Source: a virus
Lineage: Duplodnaviria; Heunggongvirae; Uroviricota; Caudoviricetes
DNA: 64,000 nt
IMG/VR virus record: IMGVR_UViG_3300011187_000002
Strand: one strand, 5' to 3'
In this document: in pieces, positions 8,825 to 19,126 of the stretch
Layout: the number at the start of each line of letters is the position of its first letter
How positions within the stretch are numbered: position 1 is the stretch's first letter
Position numbers and translations under genes: made by a program
The notes under the pieces: generated by a model
Told to the model about the DNA's origin: nothing
The model's input: only the letters and a program-made list of their open reading frames with translations
Database searches by the model: none

Positions 8825-10447
8825 ATGGATTATTCGAAGCATTTCAAGACAGACCAGAAGACGGGTGCGACTCCCCAAGATGAGCCGATTAGCGCAGACC
8901 AGATCAAGAACAATGCTGGAGGCTTTGGTTACGAAGTCGACATGCAGCAGCGACTTGATCGGTTTTTGATTCTCGGTTCCGAAGGTGGGTCGTATTACGT
9001 CACCGAGCGCAACCTGACGGTGGACAATGCGAAAGCCGTGAACGATTGCCTCCGGGTAGCTGGCCCCGCAACGGTACAACGCATCGTCGATATTTCCGAT
9101 AGCGGTCGCGCTGTCCGAAACGATCCGGCCATCTTTGCACTGGCTTTGGCGCTGAAGTTCAATGACGGCACGGAGCAATCCGTTGAAACCCGGCGTGCTG
9201 CGGCCCAAGCAGTCCCACAAGTGTGCCGTACTTTTTACCACCTCACGCAACTGGCAGAGTTCATCAAGCCATTTGGCGGGTGGGGACGTGTCACGATGCG
9301 GGCGTTTGAGAACTGGTACAAGGCTAAGTCTGACGATGACGTGGCCTATCAGATGATCAAATATCAGAACCGCAATGGTTGGTCACACCGTGACATGTTG
9401 CTCAAGGCGCATGTCAAGCCGGAAAACGATACCCGTGACGCCCTATATCATTGGGCGGCACAGGGGACACTGGTTTCCGACGCGGAATCCGATGAAGTCC
9501 TCAAAAGGGTGTGGGCTTTCGAACGTGCGAAGCAAGCGGGTTCGGTCGAGCAGCTTATCGGTTTGATTGAAAACCATAATTTGCCTCGTGAGTGCATCCC
9601 CACGGAGTTCCTCAACGACGTCAAAGTCTGGGAGCAACTCCTACAGAAAATGCCTCTGTGGGCGACGATCCGTAACCTGTCCAAGATGACCTCTTTGGGC
9701 CTCCTGACGAACACGTCGGATGCTACGAAAATTGTTGTCGAGCGATTAACGGACCGGGAATACCTCAAGCGTGCGCGGGTTCACCCTCTCAATCTTTTGA
9801 ATGCCCAGCGTACTTACGCTAGGGGCCGAGGTTTCCGGGGTTCGTTGACATGGAATCCGGTTCCGAAGATCACGGATGCTCTGGACGATGCGTTCTACGC
9901 CGCTTTCGATTTCGTGGAGCCTACCGGCAAGAACATTTGCCTTGCTCTCGACGTGTCCGGTTCGATGGGTATGGGATCGGTGGCAGGACTGGAAGGTCTG
10001 ACGCCCCGTGAAGTAAGTGCCGCGATGGCGATGACGGTGATGCGGACCGAAGAGAACTATGAAATCATGGGCTTTTCCCACGATTTCATCCCTCTGAACA
10101 TTTCGCCCCGTCAGCGACTGGACGATGTGATCAAAAGCATCTCTGGCATTCCTTTCGGACGTACCGACTGTGCCCTTCCGATGGTATGGGCAAAGCGGAC
10201 GGCAAAGGACTTCGACGCTTTCGTTATTTACACGGATAGCGAAACGTGGTATGGGGATATCCACCCCAAGCAGGCGCTTGATCAGTACCGGCAGTCCCGG
10301 AACAATGGGTCACGGGTAGCTGTTGTGGCGATGGAAGCCAGCCGCAACACCATCGCAGACCCCAAGGATCCCGGTATGATTGATATCGTGGGATGTGACA
10401 CTTCGGTGCCTACATTGCTCAACGAGTTCATCAACGGGAATCTGTAA
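8825..10447 (+). CDS. rsr: Ro60/TROVE-domain RNA-binding protein with vWA domain
   Basis: NNAGGF, RLDRFLILGSEGGSYY, KYQNRNGWSHRD, MIDAS DVSGSM, TDCALPM, YTDSET motifs typical of Ro60/Rsr. Confidence 0.95.
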   Translation: MDYSKHFKTDQKTGATPQDEPISADQIKNNAGGFGYEVDMQQRLDRFLILGSEGGSYYVTERNLTVDNAKAVNDCLRVAGPATVQRIVDISDSGRAVRNDPAIFALALALKFNDGTEQSVETRRAAAQAVPQVCRTFYHLTQLAEFIKPFGGWGRVTMRAFENWYKAKSDDDVAYQMIKYQNRNGWSHRDMLLKAHVKPENDTRDALYHWAAQGTLVSDAESDEVLKRVWAFERAKQAGSVEQLIGLIENHNLPRECIPTEFLNDVKVWEQLLQKMPLWATIRNLSKMTSLGLLTNTSDATKIVVERLTDREYLKRARVHPLNLLNAQRTYARGRGFRGSLTWNPVPKITDALDDAFYAAFDFVEPTGKNICLALDVSGSMGMGSVAGLEGLTPREVSAAMAMTVMRTEENYEIMGFSHDFIPLNISPRQRLDDVIKSISGIPFGRTDCALPMVWAKRTAKDFDAFVIYTDSETWYGDIHPKQALDQYRQSRNNGSRVAVVAMEASRNTIADPKDPGMIDIVGCDTSVPTLLNEFINGNL

Positions 10448-10455
10448 ACCCATCA

Positions 10456-10488
10456 AGCCCCCGGTCGCTTTGACCGGGGGCTATTTTC
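10456..10488 (+). terminator. intrinsic terminator after Ro60
   Basis: agcccccggtc/gaccgggggct 11-bp stem followed by ATTTTC. Confidence 0.75.
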
Positions 10489-10498
10489 TGGAGGTTAT

Positions 10499-11269
10499 AT
10501 GTTTTTACGAGATCAGATCAAGAAAGTTGGCGACGCTGTTTACCGTAACGTGTTCACCAAGCGTTTCAGTAAGCGGACACGACGCCGCACAGATAACGAT
10601 TCACTGAGTTTGGACTTGACCGAGCACAGCTACACGGAGAATGAAAACCTTGTCCGTTTGTCCGTCCCTTTCCTGAAAAAGACGTACACGGCAAGTTACA
10701 AGTACCCGTCGAATGTCAAAGCTCTTCGCAAAGCCGTCGATGACGCTTATTTTGAGATCACGACCCTAAAGGGCCGTAGCATTGATGATGCGCTCGAAGA
10801 CCTTTTTGACGTAGGCCCACAGGTACGCAAAGAAGAGAAAATGACCAAGGCGATGGTGGACGATGCGTTTGATAACCCGACGCCGCCCACCAAAGAGTCT
10901 CTGGAAGTCAAGGATTCGGCCTTAGCCCTCCTTGATATCATCCAAGAGGAAAACGACCTCACACGTTTCCAAGCCTATTACGTCTTTTCACGTGTGTTCG
11001 TATCAGGCGTCCCTGCGGCAGAAAAGACGGGCCACTTGATCGAAGAGGCGATTGAGAAGGTACGGGAGTATATGGCTTCAAGCGCTGATATGGATAAAAT
11101 CCGACAGCTTCAACCGAAGCATCCTTTCCCGAAGCAACACCAAGCGCCTATCGGTGTTCGGGCTAGCGGCCCTGTTCATACGGAAACCCGAGTACGTGAC
11201 CTTAGTGGGTCATCCCCTACTATCAATGCGCCTTCGGATATATCGAACTTGGACGATTCCGACGAGTGA
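10499..11269 (+). CDS. hypothetical protein
   Basis: 256-aa ORF with GGAGG RBS. Confidence 0.7.
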   Translation: MFLRDQIKKVGDAVYRNVFTKRFSKRTRRRTDNDSLSLDLTEHSYTENENLVRLSVPFLKKTYTASYKYPSNVKALRKAVDDAYFEITTLKGRSIDDALEDLFDVGPQVRKEEKMTKAMVDDAFDNPTPPTKESLEVKDSALALLDIIQEENDLTRFQAYYVFSRVFVSGVPAAEKTGHLIEEAIEKVREYMASSADMDKIRQLQPKHPFPKQHQAPIGVRASGPVHTETRVRDLSGSSPTINAPSDISNLDDSDE

Positions 11270-11290
11270 CGCATTTTCCAGACCACTAAG

Positions 11291-11322
11291 AAGGCCCCGG
11301 CTATGTTGCTGGGGCTTTTCTT
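11291..11322 (+). terminator. intrinsic terminator
   Basis: ggccccggc/gctggggct stem plus T run. Confidence 0.55.
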
Positions 11323-11388
11323 CTCCTTGCTATTGCGACTTTCGATCGGTATGGTAAGGGGGTATTTTACACGTATACTAGGTGTGCT

Positions 11389-11829
11389 ATGTCTGATTCG
11401 AAGATCATCCCTCTATACCACCTCGGGTTGTTTCTCAGCCTGATACCCGAAAGTCCTTTGCGTAAGACCCTGTTCGAACATCGATGTACGCCGACACGAA
11501 TCACGGGGATACGCAAGGATCAGATCAATGATCAGGTGGAGTTTCAATTTCGGTTTCAAGAAAACGGACGCTCTAGGGGCGAACAGTCTTTTGTTGTAGT
11601 ATGGGATACGGTCGAGGGTACACTGAAGTATTACCTCTCGAAACGGACGGGACGTAGTTCGAGTTCGAACAAGAGACACCTCAACGATATGACTTGGTTC
11701 ATCGAAATCCGAACCCTTCTGGATCACGGGGGTTGGGAATGCGTGAGGTCAAGGATCAAATTCCTTGATAGCTACATCGAAAACAATTTCGACGATTTTC
11801 TGCAGCGTTTCGAAACCGCCGAGGAGTGA
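11389..11829 (+). CDS. hypothetical protein
   Basis: 146-aa ORF in plus-strand run. Confidence 0.6.
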   Translation: MSDSKIIPLYHLGLFLSLIPESPLRKTLFEHRCTPTRITGIRKDQINDQVEFQFRFQENGRSRGEQSFVVVWDTVEGTLKYYLSKRTGRSSSSNKRHLNDMTWFIEIRTLLDHGGWECVRSRIKFLDSYIENNFDDFLQRFETAEE

Positions 11830-11844
11830 AAATAAGGTATTACG

Positions 11845-12429
11845 ATGATCAAAAACTACTTTCACGAAACTATCCGCTTTCATCCTGAGCACCTCAAGAC
11901 TCTAGAACCCGCCGTACAAGTTTCCGAGGTCTCGATGCCTCGTGACGAGGCCAGCCGGAAAGTCCGGGGGATTGAGTTTACCGTCCGTGGTTTCCGATAT
12001 CGGGCTGAATACAACCCCGCTTATGATGCGTTCCGCGTCGTGTTCCCGATGCAATATGGTTTCGAACGGACAGTGCTCCCTTATTTTAACGCCGACACCT
12101 TGCTGGATGCGGTGGAACATGGGATCAACCATTTCGAAGATGAGATTTTCCTGAATTACGTGACGTACATCGTCGCTAACACGTTCAAGACACCTTACAC
12201 TTATCACACTGTGGACGTGGTGAAGCGGGACAATAACAAAAAGGTCGCACAGCTTTTGATAGGTGGTCTTGTGAAAGCGGTTATCGCTTACCGGCCTGCG
12301 GACAAGGAATCTTTCAAGATGCGCCTTGCTAGCCCCTCCGGGGTCGTGAAGATAGAGGATCTCACTTTGTGGGGTGTTACCTCAAAAACGCGCAAGGCTG
12401 TGGCCATGATTTTCCGAGGTGAAGGATGA
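11845..12429 (+). CDS. hypothetical protein (MIKNYF N-terminus)
   Basis: 194-aa ORF, ATGA-coupled to the next gene. Confidence 0.65.
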   Translation: MIKNYFHETIRFHPEHLKTLEPAVQVSEVSMPRDEASRKVRGIEFTVRGFRYRAEYNPAYDAFRVVFPMQYGFERTVLPYFNADTLLDAVEHGINHFEDEIFLNYVTYIVANTFKTPYTYHTVDVVKRDNNKKVAQLLIGGLVKAVIAYRPADKESFKMRLASPSGVVKIEDLTLWGVTSKTRKAVAMIFRGEG

Positions 12430-13148
12430 TCCGTAATTACTTTACGCTCCCCCCGAAAATTATCATCGAAGAGGCTTTCGAGGGTGTCCTTCACATTTAT
12501 GATCAAGGCGAAGGTGAGATGTGGACGTCCGCCACGAACATCTTTTGCAAATTTGGCGATTGGGACGTTGAAATATACTGCAACCCCAAAGCCGATGTGA
12601 ACATGGACCGGGGCATTTATATGGCCCGGATTCCTATCCTCGGTTCTCATCTGCAGTTTAGTCGCTGGACGCCTGAGAGCTTCGCTAAGGCGCTTGATAC
12701 TGTGTTGGGCCGACTATACAACAACCGGCTGAAGTTGAACGGAGAAGGTTTCTGGGTGGAAGGTCATGGTGATCTGGAGTTCATACCCGTCGATAAAATT
12801 GTCGAAAGGGCGATGCGGGGTGGCGGAAGCGCTTTGGAGGTTGGCCGTAGCGTCCACCAACTAGTTGAACATTTCGTCGGACATCCCCGGAACAACAACA
12901 CCTTTTTCGAAATTCGTAGCCAATTGACCAATCAAATGCGGCGGGTAGGTGTAGCGATTGAAGACACAGCGGACGCTATGTCTTCAATGAACCGGGCTTT
13001 CAGTAGCTTACAGACGGAATCTTTGATGGGGCCAAGCACCTTGCGGAACCCCTGCGGAGAAATAGGCTTTGTCGAAGAAGAGATGTATAGGAGCTTAGGG
13101 GTTCCGCTTGAGTTTTTGGAAGACGACGACAACTACAGTTCTAGTTGA
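12426..13148 (+). CDS. hypothetical protein (MIRNYF N-terminus)
   Basis: 240-aa ORF. Confidence 0.65.
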   Translation: MIRNYFTLPPKIIIEEAFEGVLHIYDQGEGEMWTSATNIFCKFGDWDVEIYCNPKADVNMDRGIYMARIPILGSHLQFSRWTPESFAKALDTVLGRLYNNRLKLNGEGFWVEGHGDLEFIPVDKIVERAMRGGGSALEVGRSVHQLVEHFVGHPRNNNTFFEIRSQLTNQMRRVGVAIEDTADAMSSMNRAFSSLQTESLMGPSTLRNPCGEIGFVEEEMYRSLGVPLEFLEDDDNYSSS

Positions 13149-13452
13149 GCATCTTTTCGGGCAGCCGGTCCGAGAACTCACTGAAAATTGCCCAGATCCA
13201 ATCGCGGTTATAGTCCTGAAGGACCATCATGAACCGCATCTGGATACGATGGAAAATCTCAACCTGTCTGTCGGGCGTCGCCGACTGGAGGATTGCCTGT
13301 ACCATCGTTTGCATCAACAAGATGCCGGTCCGTTCAACGGTGTCCAGTTCCTTTTTGGAAAGGTCTTGCGTACAAAAGGACCGGACATTGTTGAAGTAAT
13401 CTTCAATCATCAGATCGGTGATTTTGTCAGATTCAATTTCCGTCATGAACAT
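13141..13452 (-). CDS. hypothetical protein
   Basis: 103-aa ORF with GAGG RBS, convergent with 12426..13148. Confidence 0.55.
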   Translation of the reverse strand: MFMTEIESDKITDLMIEDYFNNVRSFCTQDLSKKELDTVERTGILLMQTMVQAILQSATPDRQVEIFHRIQMRFMMVLQDYNRDWIWAIFSEFSDRLPEKMLN

Positions 13453-13630
13453 CGGTATATAACCTCATTATGAGTTGTTTTGGTAGCGATAGCCATGTGG
13501 ATTACCACTATATATAACGTAACATCCAGTGTTCCCTACGTCAAAGTCTTTTGACAAAGGGGATAGTTAGGGTAAAAGGTGGTAGTGACTATTGATACGT
13601 AGCATTAACTTACGAATTGGAGTGGTCCAA

Positions 13631-14482
13631 ATGGGACTCGACGTATACCTGTACCGGTTCACCGAACCAATTAGCGAATTCAAAGGCCGAAGGCGTTCCT
13701 TTACCGAAGCGGAAGATGGGCTGTTGTCCACCTTTTTCAAAAAAGCCGGTGTTTCAAAGCGGCGGGATTTGCCCCTTGGCATGAAAGCCGAATTGGACGA
13801 CCAGCTAACCGCATTGCGTGAAGAGTATGTGGTTGACGAATACGGTAACCCCTTGGAAGACAGCCGCATAGAAATCACCGAGGATTCTGAGCTTTACCCG
13901 GACCACATGTTTAAGATTGGGTACTGGAGGTCAAGCTACAACAGCGGCGGCCTGAACCAAGCGCTCCAACGGCGTATTGGGCGGGACCTGTACGACGTGT
14001 TCGAAAAGGAAAGTGACTATTACGTCGAGGTGGATTGGGAAACCGTGCTCCCCAAGGCCAAAGCACTTCTTGATGACTTCAAAAAAGACATCGAGACGAA
14101 GGGTGATTTCAACGTGATGAAGATGGAGTACAACCCTTTCAAAAACATCGAAGAGGAAGACGTCACAAACGAAAAGATCGCCCTCGAAGTGTTCGCGGAA
14201 GAGCAAAAGAGACAAGCCAACAGCATCCACGGCGGCCCTTATATGAACCACCGGGGCCATTTCTTTTTGCAAGAGGGCGTCACGGTTCACGGTTTCATCG
14301 AAGGTCGCAGCGAAATGACCGGGGACCCGATGACTTACGTCGTGTACAAAAATGAGGTGGCGGAAGGTGACGAAACCTCTTTCGACTGGTACATTCACGC
14401 ACTGGAAATCGTGGTTGAGACGATCGAATATGTGCTCAAGCAAGACGACCCGTCGAGGTACGCATTAGCATGGAGCGCCTAA
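13631..14482 (+). CDS. hypothetical phage protein (MGLDVYL type)
   Basis: start moved to ATG 13631 after GGAG; promoter copy at 13551. Confidence 0.7.
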   Translation: MGLDVYLYRFTEPISEFKGRRRSFTEAEDGLLSTFFKKAGVSKRRDLPLGMKAELDDQLTALREEYVVDEYGNPLEDSRIEITEDSELYPDHMFKIGYWRSSYNSGGLNQALQRRIGRDLYDVFEKESDYYVEVDWETVLPKAKALLDDFKKDIETKGDFNVMKMEYNPFKNIEEEDVTNEKIALEVFAEEQKRQANSIHGGPYMNHRGHFFLQEGVTVHGFIEGRSEMTGDPMTYVVYKNEVAEGDETSFDWYIHALEIVVETIEYVLKQDDPSRYALAWSA

Positions 14483-14763
14483 CGCCCACGAAAATCAAAA
14501 ATATGAACCTACAAGACCTCCGGTATCTGCTTCGCAGTGCCAAGAGGATGCAGGTTCAATCAATAGCCATAACGGTGGTGTTACCCTTGCTGGTCCTATC
14601 CGACCTTTACCGGGCGGAGAGTCTGCAGGGGCTTCACGTGTTGGGAGTCATTTTTGCCGCCCGAATTGTTATGGGTATGTGGAAAGATTATGGTACACTG
14701 GAAGCGGACAAGGAATTGCTCCGTGACCGGATCGCTGTATGGGAGGCCGAACATGAATCATGA
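14470..14763 (+). CDS. small membrane protein
   Basis: two hydrophobic segments; overlaps both neighbours. Confidence 0.5.
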   Translation: MERLTPTKIKNMNLQDLRYLLRSAKRMQVQSIAITVVLPLLVLSDLYRAESLQGLHVLGVIFAARIVMGMWKDYGTLEADKELLRDRIAVWEAEHES

Positions 14764-15178
14764 AGAAATGACAATGCATGATCTCGCTGTCTATCTGCCC
14801 AACATCATGCCGGAAGGTCAGATGGTCCGGGAAGGTGACGCGGTACTGGTGAGGCTCATGAAACAGTCGGCGATGATTCACCGGGCCACCATCTTGAAAG
14901 TGTTCGAGTCCGTGACAGGTGAGGACACAGAGTCTACTGTCCTGAACCGTCCCGAAGCTAAGGAACTTTGCATCAAGGTGGAGTTCGAAGGTCAAGAGGG
15001 GTCTGAGTATCCCGTGTGGCCCTTTCAAGACAGCATCTATACCTACGATTGGGTTAATGATTGGGCCGGTGCTACGGTCGTCGAGGCCCCCAACCAACCC
15101 GCACCTAAAAACCCCGATGAAGACAGCGGAAAGGTTCGCCGTCTGGCTAAAAGGTTCAAGAACATCATTGAAAGGTGA
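14753..15178 (+). CDS. hypothetical protein
   Basis: start moved to ATG 14753 after GGAGG. Confidence 0.6.
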   Translation: MNHEEMTMHDLAVYLPNIMPEGQMVREGDAVLVRLMKQSAMIHRATILKVFESVTGEDTESTVLNRPEAKELCIKVEFEGQEGSEYPVWPFQDSIYTYDWVNDWAGATVVEAPNQPAPKNPDEDSGKVRRLAKRFKNIIER

Positions 15179-15188
15179 GGGCTAGGCT

Positions 15189-15566
15189 ATGATCATCAAC
15201 CGGTTTGCAGACCGAATGTTCCTAGAAATCCTACCTCCGACAGGGGGCGTTTCAGATTTCCTCACCAAAACCCACTTCCCCTTGCCACGGGAATTCAAAG
15301 TGTACAACCACGGGGAAAACGTCCATGTGAAATGGGTTTACCAATTGAATGATTGGGCGGGGACCACGACCTTTGGCTTGCGGTGGTATGTCGACACCGA
15401 TCAGATCCAGACTTACCATGAAGGTTCCCCGTGCAAGGCGGCCAAGTGGATATCCGAGTTTCAAAAGGTGCAAGGCAAGGGTCCGTGGATTTCAGACGGC
15501 GACACGACCTTACCGGAAAACCTCCTGCGGCACCTGTGGGATAGGGTGCAGGCTAAGTACTCGTGA
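15189..15566 (+). CDS. hypothetical protein (MIINRF N-terminus)
   Basis: 125-aa ORF with RBS. Confidence 0.6.
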   Translation: MIINRFADRMFLEILPPTGGVSDFLTKTHFPLPREFKVYNHGENVHVKWVYQLNDWAGTTTFGLRWYVDTDQIQTYHEGSPCKAAKWISEFQKVQGKGPWISDGDTTLPENLLRHLWDRVQAKYS

Positions 15567-15808
15567 CTTAGAGAGCACTTAGAGAGATTCGTGATCTCGA
15601 TGTTCGCCGGATTTTATAAAATAAATTAGTCTCGTGACGTTTATATCCCTGATTCTAGCCCAGATCTCTCTGGGACTCTCCTCCAACCTGTGCTCTAAAA
15701 CACCTCTGACTTTTGTGTCATACCCTCTGCACAATAAAATGTTTTGACGTGAGGACGTAAGTAGGGTATAAATGGGTAGTATCAACTAACTACTCCGAGG
15801 ATACGACT

Positions 15809-16330
15809 ATGAATATCACGACCCTGAGAAAAAGCGGTTCACTGACGGCTGAGGAACTCGAACTGGTCAAGACCCTTTATGGTCAATGGGTTAATGCGGG
15901 CTGTCCACCTACCAAGGAAATGACGAAAGTGGCGGTGCCCCGGTTAATCAAAACCGTGGAAATCCTGAAAAGCCGCATGGAGTATGAGGGGCGTCTGGAA
16001 ACCCAAGTCGAGAACCTCCAGAACCAACTCAACGTGCTGGAGCATACCGTGGGCCGGTATCGTAATCTGGTGCGGGAATCCGAAGGGATTCGAGAAGGCG
16101 GCGCTACGCAACCCAAGGCGCGGGCAATCATCACCGAGCGTGACGACCCTGCCAAGTACCAATGGCAATCAGCCAACGAGCTTGCGGACGTACTGGACTT
16201 GTCGACCGGCTACGTCCATAATATGGCTGCCGGGAAAGTCAAAAACCGCTACAACCTCGAACGTCGCCTTTCTAAAGCGAAAGGTCGTAAGTACGATTTC
16301 AGGGTCAAGCCGGAAGACGAAAACGCATGA
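15809..16330 (+). CDS. coiled-coil protein with C-terminal HTH-like motif
   Basis: SANELADVLDLSTGYV; promoter copy at 15744. Confidence 0.6.
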   Translation: MNITTLRKSGSLTAEELELVKTLYGQWVNAGCPPTKEMTKVAVPRLIKTVEILKSRMEYEGRLETQVENLQNQLNVLEHTVGRYRNLVRESEGIREGGATQPKARAIITERDDPAKYQWQSANELADVLDLSTGYVHNMAAGKVKNRYNLERRLSKAKGRKYDFRVKPEDENA

Positions 16331-17004
16331 TTCGCAACAGACAAATCGAAGGCGTTTTACAGTCCTTTCCTATGTGGGCCGGGTTCCTCGTAAAAGGGGA
16401 ACCCGTCACCGAATTACAACGGGCGGAGATCCTTTTCAGAACCTCCGATTTCGAGACGTGGTGTAACGACACTGATTGGGTCGAAACTATTCAGAATCAC
16501 CTTTACACAAGGCGGCCCGAGCGGAATAGACGCTATCAGCGACAACCACCTTGGGATGTTTACGAAACTGAGTTTCATGAACGGTACCAGATCCTAGACC
16601 TGAAGGTCTTGCACAATTACCGAATCATGTCGCCCTGTTGGGAAGGGTCTAGGGGCTGGTGTGGTTGGGACGGGACAGTCGGGTGCAACAGTTACAATCT
16701 GGATAGGGTGTCCGCTGGGGACCTCATGGCCGATTGGATCCTGATCGCCAAGACCTTCCCTTACCTCAAGTTGCGGTCACAGATACTAAACAAACCGGTG
16801 GAGCTAGCGCACAAATGCAGACCACTTGTGGAATTCGTGGTGGCTGACGGGAAAGTAGATATCAGAGAACCGGAAGGGCTATCGTGTGATACCAACCCTC
16901 CAAAAGACCTCCGGGATCGCACGGAAAGATGTTGTTCACCTGCCCAACTGCAACTGGCCATCCAAGTCAGTGATACCCAGCCAGACCTAGCTGAAGAAAC
17001 GTAG
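16327..17004 (+). CDS. hypothetical phage protein
   Basis: 225-aa ORF, ATGA-coupled; GWCGWDG motif. Confidence 0.65.
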   Translation: MIRNRQIEGVLQSFPMWAGFLVKGEPVTELQRAEILFRTSDFETWCNDTDWVETIQNHLYTRRPERNRRYQRQPPWDVYETEFHERYQILDLKVLHNYRIMSPCWEGSRGWCGWDGTVGCNSYNLDRVSAGDLMADWILIAKTFPYLKLRSQILNKPVELAHKCRPLVEFVVADGKVDIREPEGLSCDTNPPKDLRDRTERCCSPAQLQLAIQVSDTQPDLAEET

Positions 17005-17323
17005 GGCGGTCCAAAATAGCAACCCCATTGATGAGACGGACAAGATAATCGAACGGCGTACCGGGCGGATAGTGGCGTTCTAGTTCCATATCGTCGTCGT
17101 CTCGGACAACCAGAGCGATATCAGCAAGACCCCCACCCTCATAAAACCATTGCACCACATACAGGATGAGGCACCCATCCGGCTCCGTTTGTTCGGATGG
17201 TACGCCCTCCCGAATGTCTCGCCGCCGATCCTGTGCAGGTGCCACGATGCAGTAATGCTCGGGATTAGCAACAGGAACGCGGCGTTGGTAGCTACGCACT
17301 TTATGAATCCGCCCGCTACTCAT
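16967..17323 (-). CDS. hypothetical protein
   Basis: 118-aa ORF coupled to the GNAT gene. Confidence 0.55.
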   Translation of the reverse strand: MSSGRIHKVRSYQRRVPVANPEHYCIVAPAQDRRRDIREGVPSEQTEPDGCLILYVVQWFYEGGGLADIALVVRDDDDMELERHYPPGTPFDYLVRLINGVAILDRPTFLQLGLAGYH

Positions 17324-17690
17324 AGTTTTCTCCTAGATCCTTTTTCATCCATCCATCTTCGTCATAGATTCGGAAGCCCCAGCGCTCGTACATGTGCTGG
17401 AGTTCCTTTTCCGACAGCGGACAATCAGTATAGGGATGTGCTTGAAGAATAATCGTATACCCTTCAAAGTCCTTTTCAACGCTCTGTAGGATGGCCTTCG
17501 CCATCCCTTTCTGACGGTGTTCCGGCTCTACGTACAACCCAACAAGATATGTGAATCCTTTTTCCGGTGTGTCGGGTAAGATGACGGCGTAAGCCAGAAC
17601 ATCACCCTCATCATCACGTATCTGGTGGTGCCGGTGGTCATCCAAGTCACCTATCGGATACCGAATGACCACAAGGTCTTCATTCCCCAT
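17316..17690 (-). CDS. GNAT-family acetyltransferase
   Basis: LYVEPEHRQKGMAKAIL acetyl-CoA motif A and MYERWGF; start moved to 17690. Confidence 0.85.
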   Translation of the reverse strand: MGNEDLVVIRYPIGDLDDHRHHQIRDDEGDVLAYAVILPDTPEKGFTYLVGLYVEPEHRQKGMAKAILQSVEKDFEGYTIILQAHPYTDCPLSEKELQHMYERWGFRIYDEDGWMKKDLGENYE

Positions 17691-18027
17691 TGCAGGCGTC
17701 CTCCATCTCTTCCCACGAATCGAACACCGGCGAATCCATGTCGAGTTCACGGCGGTCGTACATCCCTAACCGTTCGGCGACCCGGATTGAGTTAGTGGGT
17801 GTTTCGAGCTTTTCCATAAGGATGAGCGCCCCGGCACAGTGCTGGGTGTCTTCGGTGTTGCGGCCATCCTCTTCGCTGTAGTCCACGGTTTTGTGGCAGC
17901 TAAACGTAGAAAATTTATCGGCCTGCAGAGTTTCTTGCAACGAACGAACCCGGCCTTTGCGCAAATACGCTGATTTGTCGTTGCGGAACGGGCACTCTTT
18001 GCACGGTTTTTTCAGATCGAATTTCAT
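17680..18027 (-). CDS. Cys-rich hypothetical protein (DUF6283-like)
   Basis: KPCKECPFR, FSCHKT, HCAGAL; promoter copy at 18049-18077. Confidence 0.65.
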   Translation of the reverse strand: MKFDLKKPCKECPFRNDKSAYLRKGRVRSLQETLQADKFSTFSCHKTVDYSEEDGRNTEDTQHCAGALILMEKLETPTNSIRVAERLGMYDRRELDMDSPVFDSWEEMEDACNGE

Positions 18028-18153
18028 AGTTCCTCCTTAGTATACTTCCTTATACCCTAACGTCACCTTTCCGTCAAGAGGGCGGTATTCCTTTGATAGT
18101 GCATGAGAATGTGAATCAAAAATGTCCCGTTGGATACTGTACAGGTAATTTCC

Positions 18154-19122
18154 ATGTCCAAATACGACCGCTTAATTGACCGCGCCTATCGGACCGCCAA
18201 AGGTCAAAGCCAACTCAAAGCCTTTGTGAAAAAGGCGATGGATGGCTACCGCACAATAGCTGATGCTACCGAGGTAACCGGGGATACCCGTTACGGTGGT
18301 CGTGGTGCTAAAATCTGGTATTACAAGCGGGATTACAGTCGAGACATTACGATGGGGCATGATTGGCTGTCTAAAAACATGCCGGAGTTGATCCCTTCGT
18401 CCCTCCAAGACTTGAAAGAGACGCATGTCCTTCTTGGTGAAGTGGGCGAGGGCAACCCGGACGAGGTTTTCCAGATGATGCAAGGGACAATCTGGAGTCC
18501 TAGAGGCCAAGCTAATTCGTTGATCCGGTCCAAAAAGCTGAATCATACCAGCATGAATGTGGGTGATGTGATTCAGTTCGGCAACCAGCTTTACATGGTT
18601 GATCAGGTTGGATTTGAGCGCGTTGCTTCGGTCAAGACTGCACGCCCGGACACCCCCGAGGCTAATAGCCTGCTGTTGCATATTGAAAACAACTACGATC
18701 TTCACAAGGCGGTTCGAGAACAGGAGAAGGATTTGATGAAAGCCCTCCTTGAAGGCAAGCAACCCAGCGCCCGGCTGATGCTTCCCGTAGTTGAAACGGC
18801 AGCGAAGGGTTATTTCAAAGAGTACGCCCCCAAGTCGTGGAAAGACATGTTCAGTGTCGACGAGATTAAAAACGTCGCCACCGAGCTTACCAAGCATTTC
18901 TTGATTTCCGTCAAGAGTGGTGAAGCCGTTCCAGACAATTATGACCTTGATGGTGAAGTGGACCGTTCCAAAATCAACCCCCGCAATGTAAGAGCTATGG
19001 ACAAAAAACTCAGAGACGACTTGATCAAACTGGCGTATAACAAACCCGAATTACGTCCCCACCTTTTGCCCCTGTTGAAAACAGCCGGTGATTTTGAGGA
19101 TGACGTCAAGGGCAAGAAATAA
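18154..19122 (+). CDS. hypothetical, probable virion protein
   Basis: C-terminal LRDDLIKLAYNKPELRPHLLPLLKTA motif; internal RTA/KTA sites. Confidence 0.7.
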   Translation: MSKYDRLIDRAYRTAKGQSQLKAFVKKAMDGYRTIADATEVTGDTRYGGRGAKIWYYKRDYSRDITMGHDWLSKNMPELIPSSLQDLKETHVLLGEVGEGNPDEVFQMMQGTIWSPRGQANSLIRSKKLNHTSMNVGDVIQFGNQLYMVDQVGFERVASVKTARPDTPEANSLLLHIENNYDLHKAVREQEKDLMKALLEGKQPSARLMLPVVETAAKGYFKEYAPKSWKDMFSVDEIKNVATELTKHFLISVKSGEAVPDNYDLDGEVDRSKINPRNVRAMDKKLRDDLIKLAYNKPELRPHLLPLLKTAGDFEDDVKGKK

Positions 19123-19126
19123 AGGC

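Noticed and set aside
8123-9250. 375-aa minus-strand ORF
   Set aside because: Antisense to Ro60 and the upstream gene; no recognisable content.
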